From Thermoanaerobaculia bacterium (lineage in GTDB: Bacteria; Acidobacteriota; Thermoanaerobaculia; UBA5066), in assembly GCA_038245905.1 (NCBI GenBank), contig JBBRRY010000013.1:1-64000 (forward strand): 64,000 bases of DNA, read 5' to 3'. Below are positions 38,789-48,948 of this stretch, piece after piece. Positions within the stretch are counted from its first letter, which is position 1. Every line of letters begins with the position of its first letter. The translations under genes and the position numbers were made by a program. The notes below the pieces were generated by a model. That model did not search any database. It worked only from the letters and a program-made list of their open reading frames with translations, and was not told the origin of the DNA.

Positions 38789-41700
38789 TTGGTGAGCGAG
38801 CCGACCGGCGACCCGCGCGTGCGCTTCGACCGCCGCGACCGCATTTTCATCGTCCTCTGCCTGCTCACGATCGTGGGCGGCGCCCTCGTCTTCCGGGCCG
38901 GGTTTTCGAGAGCCTTTCCGGAGGCGTCGATCGACTTCAAGGTCACGCGCGAGGAAGCCATTCGCCGTGGCGCCGAGGCGCTTCGCGCGCGCGGCTTCTC
39001 GCTCGACGGCGCCCGCGCTCTCGCGATCTTCGACGGCGACGACGAGGCGAAGGTCTATCTCGAGCGGACTCTCGGCCTCGAGAAGGCGAACCCGGTCTTC
39101 AGGGCGACGGTTCCCGTCTGGCGCTGGTCGGTGCGATGGGTCCGCCCGCTCGAGAAGCTCGAATACCGGGCGGCGGTCTCTCCGGACGGACGGCTCCTCG
39201 CCATCCGCAGGATCCTGCCGGAAAAGGAGGCCGCACCCGATCCGGGCGAGGCAACGGCGCGCTCCCTGGCGGAGGCGGAGATCCGGGAGCTGCGCGGGAT
39301 CGACCCGTCGACGCTTCGATTCATCGAGACGACGGTCGAGAAGCGCCCCGCGCGCGTCGACCGCACATTCATCTGGGAGTCGAACACGATCCGATTCGGG
39401 GATGCCGCTCTTCGCTACCTCGTCGAGATGCAGGGGGACCGCGTCGGGCGCTCGTCGCTCCACTTCGAGGTCCCGGAGAAATGGCGTCGCGACTACGAGA
39501 CGCTCCGCTCGAAGAACCTCGCGGCGGGCACGGTCGCCACGCTGGGCCTTCTCCTCACGGCGCTCGCCGTCCTCGTCGTCTTCCTCCAGCGCGTCCGCCG
39601 CAAGGACGTGAAGTGGAAGTGGGCGCTCGCGTTCGGGGGGACGGGAGCGCTTCTGCAGCTCCTCGCGTCGCTCAACGAGATGCCGATCCGTCTGTTCGAC
39701 TACGAGACCTCGGACGGCTGGGCGGGGTTCGTCGCGAAGTCGGTGGCGGGCGACGTGGGCGCCGCCGTGAGCCTCGGCGTGGTGCTGCTCCTTCTCGTCG
39801 CGGCGGGCGAGCCGCTCTACCGGGAGCGCTATCCGGACAAGCCGGCGCTCGGCCGCATCCTGTCTCTCCGCGGAATCGCTTCGAAGCGCTTCTTCCGAGG
39901 GCTCCTCCTCGGATACGCGATGACGGCATTCTTCTTCGCGTACCAGATCATCTTCTACATCGTGGCCGCGCACTTCGACGCGTGGGCTCCCGCCGACGTG
40001 CCGTACTCGAACCTGCTCGGCACCTCGTTCCCGTGGCTCGGCGTCCTCCTGATGGGGTTCGTGCCCGCGACGACCGAGGAGTTCTCGTCGCGGATGTTCT
40101 CGATCTCCTTCGCGGAGCGGTTCGTGCCGCGATGGGCCGCGGTCGTGGTGCCGGCGCTCATCTGGGGCTTCGCGCACAGCACGTATCCGAACCAGCCTTT
40201 CTACATCCGAGGCGTCGAGGTGGGGTTCGCGGGAATCCTCATCGGCTTCGTGATGCTGAAGGCGGACATCTTCCCGCTCCTCGTGTGGCACTTCACGGTC
40301 GACGCCGTCTACACGGCGCTCCTTCTCCTGCGCTCGTCGGATCCGTACTTCGTCGTGTCCGGCGCCGCTGCGTCTCTCGTGCTCCTGCTTCCGCTCGCCG
40401 TGTCGCTCGCACTCTATTTCCGCCGCGGCGGATTTACGCCCGACGGGGAATTCACGAACGCGACGGTCGGTACCGCACTGGCGCCTCCGCACGTCGAGGA
40501 GGCCGTCCCTTCGGGTTGCGCGCCGCCGAGCGCGCTGAGCCCCGTGCGCGTGTGTTCCGCTCTCGCGCTCGCACTCCTTGCGTTCCTCGCGGCGCGATTC
40601 GTTCTGCCGCGGACAGGGCCATGGGAAGACGTGAGGGTCGCGGTCGACCGGAATGGAGCGAAGGCCGCCGCGGACGCCTGGCTGAGGACGGCGGGCGACG
40701 ACCCCGCGGGCTACCTGTCGGTGGCGACGACGGCCACTGCGCTCCCGGCCCTCGAGGACCCCTCCGACACGGGCGCGGGCCTCGTCCCGTATGGCGAATC
40801 CGATCTCGCGGAGCGTTGGCTGCTCGAACGGGGCGGCATGCCGCTCTTCACGAAGTGGGCGACGGCAATCTTTCCGGGGCCGGTCTGGAACGTCCGCTAC
40901 GTGCGCGCGCTCGATGAGCACGGCGCGAACGTCGCGGTGGACGGGCGGACGGGCCGCGTCGTCGGCTTCCGCCGCTCCTTCCCGGAGGCCGAGGCCGGCG
41001 CGAGCCCCGACGAGCCGGCGGCTCGCGCGAAGGCGTCGACGGTCCTTTCCTCGTTCGGCTTCGGCCCGCTCACCTGGGATGTCGTGTCGTCGAAGAGCGA
41101 GGCGCGCAAGGCTCGAAAAGACACGCTCGTCGTCTCCGAGTCGCGTCTCGAGCACGCCGGCGAAGCGGTGAGACGCGCCGTCACCGGGTTCGCGGGCGAC
41201 GTTCCGTCGCTCTTCGCCACGGCCCTGAAGCTGCCGGAGGACTGGGTGCGCTCCCGGGACAAGTCGACGGGCGCGACGTATGCCGCCATCGCGTGGAAGA
41301 TCCTCGCGTGGGGAACCCTCGTGGGGCTTCTCGTCGTCGAGCTCATTCGTCTCGCGCGCGCCGGGTCGATTCCGTGGCGGAACTCTCTCAGGCTCGCGGC
41401 GCTTCTCGCGCTGCCGGCGATTCTCTCCCGCTTCCTCTCGCTCCCTCTCATCCTCGCGCGCTACGACTCGCAGTTCTCGATGCCGGTCTTCGCGGTCGTC
41501 GCGGGAGTCGGTCTGCTCGTGGGCGTGCTCGTCTCCTACGGCATCGCCCTCCTCGCGGTGGCCCTCGTCCTCGCCGTAAAGTCCGACGCGGCCGGCGCGT
41601 TCCGGCGCGGGGGCGCGGACGGCCCCTGGGCCCTCGCCGCGGGCGCGGGCGCGACCGTTCTCGTCCTCGGCGTGCGCGCACTCGCGCATGGTGTCTCGGC

Positions 41701-42202
41701 GGCGTTCCCTCTCGAGGCAGGCGTCCCGGGCTTCTCGTTTCCGCAGGGAGTCGAGACGATCCTGCCCGCTGCCATCGTGCTCGACGGCATCGTCCTTCGC
41801 GTCCTTCTCTTCGGGGGCGCCGCCGCCTTCCTCGCGCTTCTCCTCCGCGACGTCTTGAAGAAGCCGGCCCTTCGCGTGGGTCTTCTTGCGCTCGCCGTCG
41901 GCGTCTTCGCGCCGTTCGGCGCTCGGACGGCCGGCGAGCTCGCGGTGCCTGTCTTCGCGGGCGCGCTGACCGCGCTCGCCGCGGTCGCGGCGATCACCGT
42001 GTTCCTGCGCGACGACCCGCGCGCATACGTTTTCGCGGCGGCGCTCCTCGCGGCGGCCGGAGCAGGCGCCGACCTCGTGTCGAGTGGCGTGACGCCGTGG
42101 GTGTGGAACGGCGTCATCGTGCTCGCGGTCGTGGCAGTCTTCGTCGCCCGCTTCGGTTTCGACCGGCCCCGGCCGGAAGCGCCCGCCCTGCCGGTGACCT
42201 AG
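38789..42202 (+). CDS. Large CPBP (CAAX/Rce1-like) intramembrane metalloprotease with internally duplicated extracytoplasmic domain
   Basis: TEEFSSR, WGFAHSTY, WHFTVD motifs; two similar soluble domains, each followed by a TM block. Confidence 0.85.
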   Translation: MVSEPTGDPRVRFDRRDRIFIVLCLLTIVGGALVFRAGFSRAFPEASIDFKVTREEAIRRGAEALRARGFSLDGARALAIFDGDDEAKVYLERTLGLEKANPVFRATVPVWRWSVRWVRPLEKLEYRAAVSPDGRLLAIRRILPEKEAAPDPGEATARSLAEAEIRELRGIDPSTLRFIETTVEKRPARVDRTFIWESNTIRFGDAALRYLVEMQGDRVGRSSLHFEVPEKWRRDYETLRSKNLAAGTVATLGLLLTALAVLVVFLQRVRRKDVKWKWALAFGGTGALLQLLASLNEMPIRLFDYETSDGWAGFVAKSVAGDVGAAVSLGVVLLLLVAAGEPLYRERYPDKPALGRILSLRGIASKRFFRGLLLGYAMTAFFFAYQIIFYIVAAHFDAWAPADVPYSNLLGTSFPWLGVLLMGFVPATTEEFSSRMFSISFAERFVPRWAAVVVPALIWGFAHSTYPNQPFYIRGVEVGFAGILIGFVMLKADIFPLLVWHFTVDAVYTALLLLRSSDPYFVVSGAAASLVLLLPLAVSLALYFRRGGFTPDGEFTNATVGTALAPPHVEEAVPSGCAPPSALSPVRVCSALALALLAFLAARFVLPRTGPWEDVRVAVDRNGAKAAADAWLRTAGDDPAGYLSVATTATALPALEDPSDTGAGLVPYGESDLAERWLLERGGMPLFTKWATAIFPGPVWNVRYVRALDEHGANVAVDGRTGRVVGFRRSFPEAEAGASPDEPAARAKASTVLSSFGFGPLTWDVVSSKSEARKARKDTLVVSESRLEHAGEAVRRAVTGFAGDVPSLFATALKLPEDWVRSRDKSTGATYAAIAWKILAWGTLVGLLVVELIRLARAGSIPWRNSLRLAALLALPAILSRFLSLPLILARYDSQFSMPVFAVVAGVGLLVGVLVSYGIALLAVALVLAVKSDAAGAFRRGGADGPWALAAGAGATVLVLGVRALAHGVSAAFPLEAGVPGFSFPQGVETILPAAIVLDGIVLRVLLFGGAAAFLALLLRDVLKKPALRVGLLALAVGVFAPFGARTAGELAVPVFAGALTALAAVAAITVFLRDDPRAYVFAAALLAAAGAGADLVSSGVTPWVWNGVIVLAVVAVFVARFGFDRPRPEAPALPVT

Positions 42203-43065
42203 CCCCGCACTCCGGCCTTCCGCCACTCCCACTCGGCGAGGCGTTCGCGTGCGCCGAGGCCGATCGCGCGGTGCAGGTCGACGAGGAGGCGCGACGCTTC
42301 GGGGTCCTTGAAGGGCGGCGGCCCGAGGCGTGTGAGCACGGCCTCCGGATGATCCGGGGGCGCATAGGACCCGCGGAGCGCGGCGACCGGCTCGCCCGGA
42401 CGGTAGAAGAGCTCGGGTCTCTCGAGGACGTGCCGGGGGAGCGACTCCGGCGGGTCAGTCGTGTCGCGGGGCGCGGCCGGGTCGGGTGCGTCGGGCACGG
42501 ACCTGCGTTCGGGACGGGTGCGCGCGCGCTGCAGGCCCGCGAGGAGCTCTTCTCGGGGAACGCCACGGAGCAGGAACACGAGGAACGGGTCGTCCTGGAG
42601 GCGGTCGCCGAGCAGGACGGCGAGGGCGCCGGCATGCGCACACGGCCCTGGAACCTCCGCGCACGAGCACCGGAAGACGACATCGTCAGCGTCGACCGGA
42701 AGGAGCGTGCGCCCGGTGCCCTGGAAGGCGCCCTCCACGTCTTCGGGCAGGCGGCCCGCGAGGAGATCGGCGGCGAATCGCGCCCGCGCGGCCATCGCCT
42801 TCAGGACACGGCGCTTGGCGATGGTCGCGAGCGAGTGCAGGGAAAGCGACGTCTCTTCGACGTGGCCGTCCGTTGCCTTGACGTCCGCGCGCGCGCCGGC
42901 GCGCCCGATCTCGAGCGACGTGACGGCGCCCGAGAGGGCGATCGCGCGCCCGTCCTGGAGCGCCTCCTCCCAGCCGAGCGCGGCGAGGCGCGCGAGGAAG
43001 CGGAAGGCCCACCCGCTCTCGGGCGGCTTCGCGCGGGGGAGAAGTGTCTTTCGGCGGCGCGGCAT
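42199..43065 (-). CDS. SWIM zinc-finger protein (YwqB-like)
   Basis: CSCAEVPGPCAH, DDPFLVFLLRG..REELL; start overlaps the SNF2 stop. Confidence 0.87.
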   Translation of the reverse strand: MPRRRKTLLPRAKPPESGWAFRFLARLAALGWEEALQDGRAIALSGAVTSLEIGRAGARADVKATDGHVEETSLSLHSLATIAKRRVLKAMAARARFAADLLAGRLPEDVEGAFQGTGRTLLPVDADDVVFRCSCAEVPGPCAHAGALAVLLGDRLQDDPFLVFLLRGVPREELLAGLQRARTRPERRSVPDAPDPAAPRDTTDPPESLPRHVLERPELFYRPGEPVAALRGSYAPPDHPEAVLTRLGPPPFKDPEASRLLVDLHRAIGLGARERLAEWEWRKAGVRG

Positions 43066-46000
43066 CAATGGCCTCCGTCCGTTTCGACGGCGTTCGTGTC
43101 GAGCGCGACGAGCTCCGTGAGCTGCTCGTCCGACAGGGTCGCGATCCACTGCTCCCCGGCACCCACGATCGAGCGCGCGAGCGCCTTCTTCTCCTCGATC
43201 ATCCGGTCGATGCGCTCCTCGAGCGTGCCGCGGCAGACGAACTTGTGGACCTGGACGTGCTGCGTCTGGCCGATCCGGAACGCGCGGTCGGTCGCCTGCT
43301 CCTCGACCGCGGGATTCCACCAGCGGTCCACGTGGAACACGTGCGAGGCGCGCGTCAGGTTGAGGCCCGTGCCTCCCGCGCGCAGCGATAGAACGAAGAA
43401 TGGGGGCGGATCCTCGTCCTCCTGGAAGCGCCGAACCATTTCCGTCCGCGTGTGGCGGGGGACCGCGCCGTGGAGAAACAGAACCTCGCAGCCGAAGCGC
43501 TCTTTCAATTCGGCGACGAGGAGGTGGCCCATCTCGGCGAACTGCGTGAAGAGCAGGGCCGGGCTCCTCTCGGCGAGCGTCTCCTCGCACATCTCGACGA
43601 GGCGGGCGACCTTCGCCGAGCGGCCGTCGCGCCGCCCGTCCCCCAGGAACAGCGCGGGGTGGTCGCAGATCTGCTTGAGCCTGAGCAGGAGGAGGAGAAT
43701 CTTCGCCTTCCGGCTCCGCCGATTCGCCCGCCCGATCCCCGAGAGCAGGGAGCGCGTCGTCGCCTTGTAGAGTGCCGCCTGTTCGCGCGTCAGGCCGACG
43801 AGCTCCTTCGTCTCGATCTTCTCGGGAAGGTCGGGAACGACGCCGGGATCGGTCTTGGCGCGGCGGAGCAGGAACGGGCCCGTGACGTGGCGCAGGCGGG
43901 CGGCCGCGGACGGGTCGCTGTGCCGCTCGATCGGAAGCGAAAAATTGCGCCGGAAGGCTTCGTCCGTGCCGAGGAGCCCGGGGTTCAGGAAATCGAAGAT
44001 GGACTTCAGCTCGGAGAGGCGGTTCTCGACGGGCGTGCCCGTGAGGGCGGCGCGGCGGTGGGCATGCAGAGAGCGCGCGGCACGCGACTGCGCGGCCGCC
44101 GGGTTCTTGATGTTCTGCGCCTCGTCGAGCGCGAGGTATTCCCAGGTGACGCCCGACAGAAGCGCGCGGTCGCGGTGCACGAGGGCATACGTCGTGACGA
44201 GGAGGTCCACCTCTTCGAGGAGTTCCTGGAACGCCGCCCCGCTCGCGCGGCCGGCTCCGTGGTGTACGACGACACGGAGCTGCGGCGCGAAGCGTTCGGC
44301 TTCACGGACCCAGTTCTCGGCGACGGACGTGGGGCAGACGAGGAGGGACGGCCCGATGCGCTCCCCCGCATCGCGTGCCGTGAGCAGCGTGGCGAGGAAC
44401 TGGATCGTCTTGCCGAGTCCCATGTCGTCCGCGAGACACGCGCCGAGGCCCCGCGAGAGCAGGAAGCGCAACCACCCCACACCTCGCATCTGATATGGGC
44501 GTAGCGTGCCCGTCAGGCCGTGCGGCGCCGCGTATCCGGCGATCTCGCGCCGCGCGACTTCCGGGTCGAGCAGGCGGCCGACCCATCCCTCGCCCCCCAC
44601 GCCGTCGATGAGCACGTCGTCGCGCTCGCTGTCGAGCCCGCCCGCGAGCCGAAGCAGCTCGCCGAGCGTCGTGCGGCCTCCGGGGCGGCGGTCCAGGAGG
44701 CGCCGCGCCCTCTCGAGGTTCTCCTTGTCGAGAAGGACCCACTCTCCCTGGATTTCGACGAGCGGAATCTGGCGCGCGGCCAGGTCCTCGAATTCGTGAG
44801 GAGTCAGGAGCGCGTCGCCCACGGCCACGCGCCAGTCGAAGTCGACGAGCGCGTCGAGGCCGAAGCGCACGACGGGCGCGTCCGCTTCGCCCGGTCCGGG
44901 CGCGCGCCCCACGAGCTTGAGGGCGACGCGTGCGAGGCTTCCGCCACCGGGCAGGCGGACGGCGATGCCGGCCTCTCCAAGGCGCGGCGCCTCGTCGGAG
45001 AGAAAGCGCCAGGCCTCGTCGGGGGACAGGATGACGCCCGAGGGATGCCGCTCTTCGAGGCTCCGGGCGACCGGCCTGGAAAGCGCCGCGGCGGTCCCGA
45101 GGCGCGCGAGGAGCACGTCCTGCGGATTCGTGAACAGGCGCCCGCGGCGCCGGATCGAACCCTCGGTCAGGGCCCAGATCTCCTCGGCTTCGAGCGAGAC
45201 TTCCGGGCTCTCTCCGGATTCGAGGACGTACGCGAGTGCGAACGGGCCGCCGGCCTCGGCCGGAGGCACGACGCGGATCCCGAGCCTGAGCAGACTCTCG
45301 GGCAGCGGATCGAGGAGCGGAAGACTCCACTCCTTGAGACGCGCGAGGACGCCGGGCTCGAGCACCGAGGTGGCGGGGGCCGCGAGCGCGGCGACGACCT
45401 CGGCCTCGGGACCGTCGCCCGCGCGGCGGCGCTCTTCTGGAAGGACATCCCTGAGGACGTCGCGCGCCGCCGCATCCACGGCGTCGTCGAGGAAGCTCAA
45501 CAGCAGTCCGCGTGCGGCGGGGAGCGCGCCGTCGGGCCCGGGGCGCGTGCCCGAAGGCAGGACCGCGCGCGATACGGGCGGCATCGCTTCGGCGAGGCGG
45601 CGCAGCCGCTCCCTCTCGTGGGCGTCGTCGAGAACCGGGCGCCAGCGCGGGTGGGCGCCGTCCGTGCCGGGCGCGACACGCCGACGGAGCAGGAGGTCGA
45701 ACACCCAGCGCGCGACTTCCGCCCAGTAGTCGAGGTCGTCGCCGGCAGACACGGAGAGGGGCCGCGCGCGGAGGGCGGCAGGGAGCGCGAGAAGCGTTTC
45801 GAGCGCGTGCGCCATCGGGAGGACGAGGGCGGGGACCTCGTACGCCCGGAGGACGGCCGTGAAGGGCGCCGTATAGTCCGCCGGCTCCCGGAGGGCCGGT
45901 GCGGACGGAACGGGACGCCCGTGCACAGCGGGGGTGGCGAGCGTGAGCGACGTGCGCTCGGCGTGCACGGAGACGAAGGACGTGAGGCCTTCGGTCGCCA

Positions 46001-46136
46001 GCGCCTCGAGGATCTCGCTTTGCTCGAGGGCGCGGGGGTGCCGGTCGCGCCCTTCGCGCGGGGTGAAGAGTCCCTCGCCCCAAAGGGCGAAACCGGATGG
46101 ACGAGGGACGCCATGCAGGATGATCAAGCCGTCCAT
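43065..46136 (-). CDS. SNF2-family helicase/ATPase (YwqA-like)
   Basis: LRPYQ, CLADDMGLGKT, LDEAQNIKN, LTGTPVEN, GGTGLNLT, WWNPAVEEQATDRAFRIGQ. Confidence 0.96.
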   Translation of the reverse strand: MDGLIILHGVPRPSGFALWGEGLFTPREGRDRHPRALEQSEILEALATEGLTSFVSVHAERTSLTLATPAVHGRPVPSAPALREPADYTAPFTAVLRAYEVPALVLPMAHALETLLALPAALRARPLSVSAGDDLDYWAEVARWVFDLLLRRRVAPGTDGAHPRWRPVLDDAHERERLRRLAEAMPPVSRAVLPSGTRPGPDGALPAARGLLLSFLDDAVDAAARDVLRDVLPEERRRAGDGPEAEVVAALAAPATSVLEPGVLARLKEWSLPLLDPLPESLLRLGIRVVPPAEAGGPFALAYVLESGESPEVSLEAEEIWALTEGSIRRRGRLFTNPQDVLLARLGTAAALSRPVARSLEERHPSGVILSPDEAWRFLSDEAPRLGEAGIAVRLPGGGSLARVALKLVGRAPGPGEADAPVVRFGLDALVDFDWRVAVGDALLTPHEFEDLAARQIPLVEIQGEWVLLDKENLERARRLLDRRPGGRTTLGELLRLAGGLDSERDDVLIDGVGGEGWVGRLLDPEVARREIAGYAAPHGLTGTLRPYQMRGVGWLRFLLSRGLGACLADDMGLGKTIQFLATLLTARDAGERIGPSLLVCPTSVAENWVREAERFAPQLRVVVHHGAGRASGAAFQELLEEVDLLVTTYALVHRDRALLSGVTWEYLALDEAQNIKNPAAAQSRAARSLHAHRRAALTGTPVENRLSELKSIFDFLNPGLLGTDEAFRRNFSLPIERHSDPSAAARLRHVTGPFLLRRAKTDPGVVPDLPEKIETKELVGLTREQAALYKATTRSLLSGIGRANRRSRKAKILLLLLRLKQICDHPALFLGDGRRDGRSAKVARLVEMCEETLAERSPALLFTQFAEMGHLLVAELKERFGCEVLFLHGAVPRHTRTEMVRRFQEDEDPPPFFVLSLRAGGTGLNLTRASHVFHVDRWWNPAVEEQATDRAFRIGQTQHVQVHKFVCRGTLEERIDRMIEEKKALARSIVGAGEQWIATLSDEQLTELVALDTNAVETDGGH

Positions 46137-46158
46137 TGTCGGTTATCCTCGGCCTCCG

Positions 46159-46680
46159 ATGAAAGCCCCCAAGTCGCACGAGCTTTTTCGCCGGATGTCG
46201 AGCGCGGAAGTGGCCGCGATCGTCGAGGCCGCGTGCGAGGACGACGAGCTTCCCGAGAAGATCGCGGGCGGCGTCCTCACGTATCAGCAGATTCCCCTCC
46301 GTCGCTTCACGAAGCTGCCCGAGGAAACGCGCTTTTCCTACGTGAGACGAACGCTGCGCGACAAACGGGCGACGGATCTTGGCCTGTATGTCCTCTCGGC
46401 CGCCCTCACCCGGCGTCAGGCGGCTTTGATCTCGTCGTTCCTCGAGGCCCTGAAGCTGCCCCACGACGGCCCCAGCCTCACGGTGGAAGGAGCGATCCCG
46501 GCGCCGGCACAAAAGGTCCTCGCCCGCGCGGTCGACGCCCTCCTGCGCGTGCATGACGCCCGCGACGTGTCGCTCTACCTCCACGCCTTCACGTCCCAGC
46601 CCGACGTCGACTGGCCCGTCCTTGTGAAGCTGCTCGACGCGGACGAGCGTCTCGCCTTCGAAGACCGTTCGGCGAGCTAG
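46159..46680 (+). CDS. Hypothetical protein (predicted helical)
   Basis: ATG 46159 after TATCCT; typical codon usage; no recognisable motif. Confidence 0.7.
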   Translation: MKAPKSHELFRRMSSAEVAAIVEAACEDDELPEKIAGGVLTYQQIPLRRFTKLPEETRFSYVRRTLRDKRATDLGLYVLSAALTRRQAALISSFLEALKLPHDGPSLTVEGAIPAPAQKVLARAVDALLRVHDARDVSLYLHAFTSQPDVDWPVLVKLLDADERLAFEDRSAS

Positions 46681-46697
46681 ACGCTCGTGCAGGGGAC

Positions 46698-48224
46698 GTG
46701 AGCACGCTCTCCGCGTCCTGGGTGCGCCGGCCCGCGTTCCTCGCCGGCCTTCTCGCGCTCTTCGCCGCGGCGGGAAGCGCCTCCCTCGGGCAGCACGTGT
46801 TCGGGGGCGTCCCACACGCCGCCGACGGGATTTCATACGCGTTCCAGGGAAGGATATTCGCGGCAGGCCTCCCCTGGCTCGAGCCGCCGCCCGTTCCCGA
46901 CGCGTTCAAGTCCCAGAACATTCTCCTCGACACGACGCGGTGGTGCGGGATCTATCCTCCCGGATTCCCGCTGCTCCTCGCGGCCGGATGGCTCGCTGGC
47001 GCTCCCTTCCTCGTGAATCCGGTCCTCCTCGGACTCGCGGTCTTCGGGGTCTTTCGTCTGGGAAAGGCCCTCTTCGACGAGCCGACCGGCCTCCTCGGGT
47101 CGCTTCTGCTTGCGGTGTCACCGTTCGCGCTCCTCATGGGAGCGGGATTCATGGGACATGTCGCGGGGCTATGTGTCTTCACGTGGTGCCTCGCGTTCCT
47201 CGTCGAGAGCGGCGCGAGCGGGGCCATGCGCCCGCTCGTGCTCGCGGGCTTTCTCGGGTCCTTCGGGATCGTCGTCCGCCCGCAGGCGGCGGTGTTCTTC
47301 CTGCTGCCCGCGCTGCTCGGTGTCCTCGTCCGGCGGCGGAAAGACGTCGCGCGGGCCGCCGGATGGCTCGCGCTCGGCGGTGCGGCACCTCTCGCGTTTC
47401 TTTTTGCGTACAACTTCAAGCTCTCGGGTCATCCGCTGCGCATGGCGTACCTCGTCTGGGACCCGAATCTCTCGTTCACGTACGGCCTCTCGCCGACACA
47501 GCTGTTTGCGTCCCACTTTCCATGGTTCCTCTACGACCTCAATGCGACGGTCTGGGGCTACCCGTGGGGAGACCTCCCGCTCCTCGCCCTGCTTCTGATT
47601 CCAGCGCCGCGGCGCCGGAGGGACGCGTGGCTCTTCTCATGCGTCCTTGGCCTTCTCGTCGGGTTCAGCTTCTACCGCTTCTACGAGATCAACCATTCCG
47701 GCCCGCGGTACGCGTTCGAGGCGCTCGGCGTGCTTGCGCTCCTCGTCGCGCGGGCGATTCGTGCCGGCGGAGATATCGGGGCGTCCCTTCTCGGGCGTCT
47801 CCGGCGCGAAGGGTTGGCCGCGGGCGCGGCCGCTCTCGTCGTGGCGTTCCTCGCGATCTTCCCTCTTGTGACACTTCTGCCCGTGCAGGCCGAAGCTCTT
47901 TCGCACGCCTATCACGCGCACACGCCCGAGCCGCTCCGGCGTCTCGCGGCGGCTGGCGTCGGGCCGTCGGCTCTCGTGCTCGTAGCCGGGAACACAGTCG
48001 AGTGGACGTACGGATCGTTTCTGCTCGCGAACGGGCTCGATCCGCGGCATGCGCCCCGCGTCTTCGTGCGGGATCTTCCGGAGAAGCGCGCCGAGCTCCT
48101 CGCGGCCTATCCCCGGAGCGAGATGTGGCGCGTGAACGTCACGCTCGAGCCGCAGCCGCATCCGAACGCATGGATCGACAACACGTGGGACGTCGTCGAC
48201 GTCGTCTGGTCCCGGCTCCGTTAG
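46698..48224 (+). CDS. GT-C fold glycosyltransferase (family 39-like)
   Basis: PHAADGISYAFQG, YPPGFP, many TMs, GPRYAFE. Confidence 0.82.
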   Translation: MSTLSASWVRRPAFLAGLLALFAAAGSASLGQHVFGGVPHAADGISYAFQGRIFAAGLPWLEPPPVPDAFKSQNILLDTTRWCGIYPPGFPLLLAAGWLAGAPFLVNPVLLGLAVFGVFRLGKALFDEPTGLLGSLLLAVSPFALLMGAGFMGHVAGLCVFTWCLAFLVESGASGAMRPLVLAGFLGSFGIVVRPQAAVFFLLPALLGVLVRRRKDVARAAGWLALGGAAPLAFLFAYNFKLSGHPLRMAYLVWDPNLSFTYGLSPTQLFASHFPWFLYDLNATVWGYPWGDLPLLALLLIPAPRRRRDAWLFSCVLGLLVGFSFYRFYEINHSGPRYAFEALGVLALLVARAIRAGGDIGASLLGRLRREGLAAGAAALVVAFLAIFPLVTLLPVQAEALSHAYHAHTPEPLRRLAAAGVGPSALVLVAGNTVEWTYGSFLLANGLDPRHAPRVFVRDLPEKRAELLAAYPRSEMWRVNVTLEPQPHPNAWIDNTWDVVDVVWSRLR

Positions 48225-48895
48225 ACGGCGGCTGCCACCGCGAGGACGATCTCGCCCTTCACGCTCGGGCGCTTCGCGAGGAGAGCCGCGACCTCCATCG
48301 CGCGCCCGCGCAGAACTTCTTCGTGCATTTTCGTCAGCTCGCGCCCGAGGACGACGGGCGGGTCTCCCCACGCCCGGGCGAGCGCCTCTAGGGATTCCAC
48401 GATGCGGAAGGGAGACTCGAAGAGCACGGCCGTCCCGAGGTGCACGGCATGCGACGCGTACCAGCGGTCCCGCTCACCGCGGCGCGGCGGGGGAAAGCCG
48501 AGGAACGTGAACGGGACCGCGGGGAACCCCGAGATCGAGAGGATCGCGAGCACGGCGGACGGGCCCGGAATCGCCTCCACCTGGTGTCCCGCCGCCGCCG
48601 CGGCAGCGACGAGCCGCTCCCCCGGATCCGAGACGAGGGGCGTGCCGGCGTCCGACACGAGCGCGAGCGTTTCCCCGCGGGCCAGCCTCTCGAGCGCCTC
48701 GCCGACGCGGTGGTGCTCGTTGTGGCCGTGGCAGGAAATGCGAGGCGTCGTGAGGCCGAACCGCGCGAAGAGGTTTCCCGTGCGACGTGTGTCCTCGCAG
48801 TAGACGACGGCCGCCGATGCGAGGGCTTCCCGTGCCCGCGGCGACAGGTCGTCGAGATTCCCGATCGGTGTCGCGACGACGAGGAGGCGGCCCAT
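48221..48895 (-). CDS. rsmI: 16S rRNA C1402 2'-O-methyltransferase
   Basis: VVATPIGNLDDLSPRA, CEDTR, VSDAGTPLVSDPG, FESPFR, RELTKMHEE. Start is 48895 or 48904. Confidence 0.95.
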   Translation of the reverse strand: MGRLLVVATPIGNLDDLSPRAREALASAAVVYCEDTRRTGNLFARFGLTTPRISCHGHNEHHRVGEALERLARGETLALVSDAGTPLVSDPGERLVAAAAAAGHQVEAIPGPSAVLAILSISGFPAVPFTFLGFPPPRRGERDRWYASHAVHLGTAVLFESPFRIVESLEALARAWGDPPVVLGRELTKMHEEVLRGRAMEVAALLAKRPSVKGEIVLAVAAAV

Positions 48896-48948
48896 CAAGC
48901 CCATTCTCTCGCGATCGCGCAGCGGGGGACGCCTGCTACGATCCGGAT

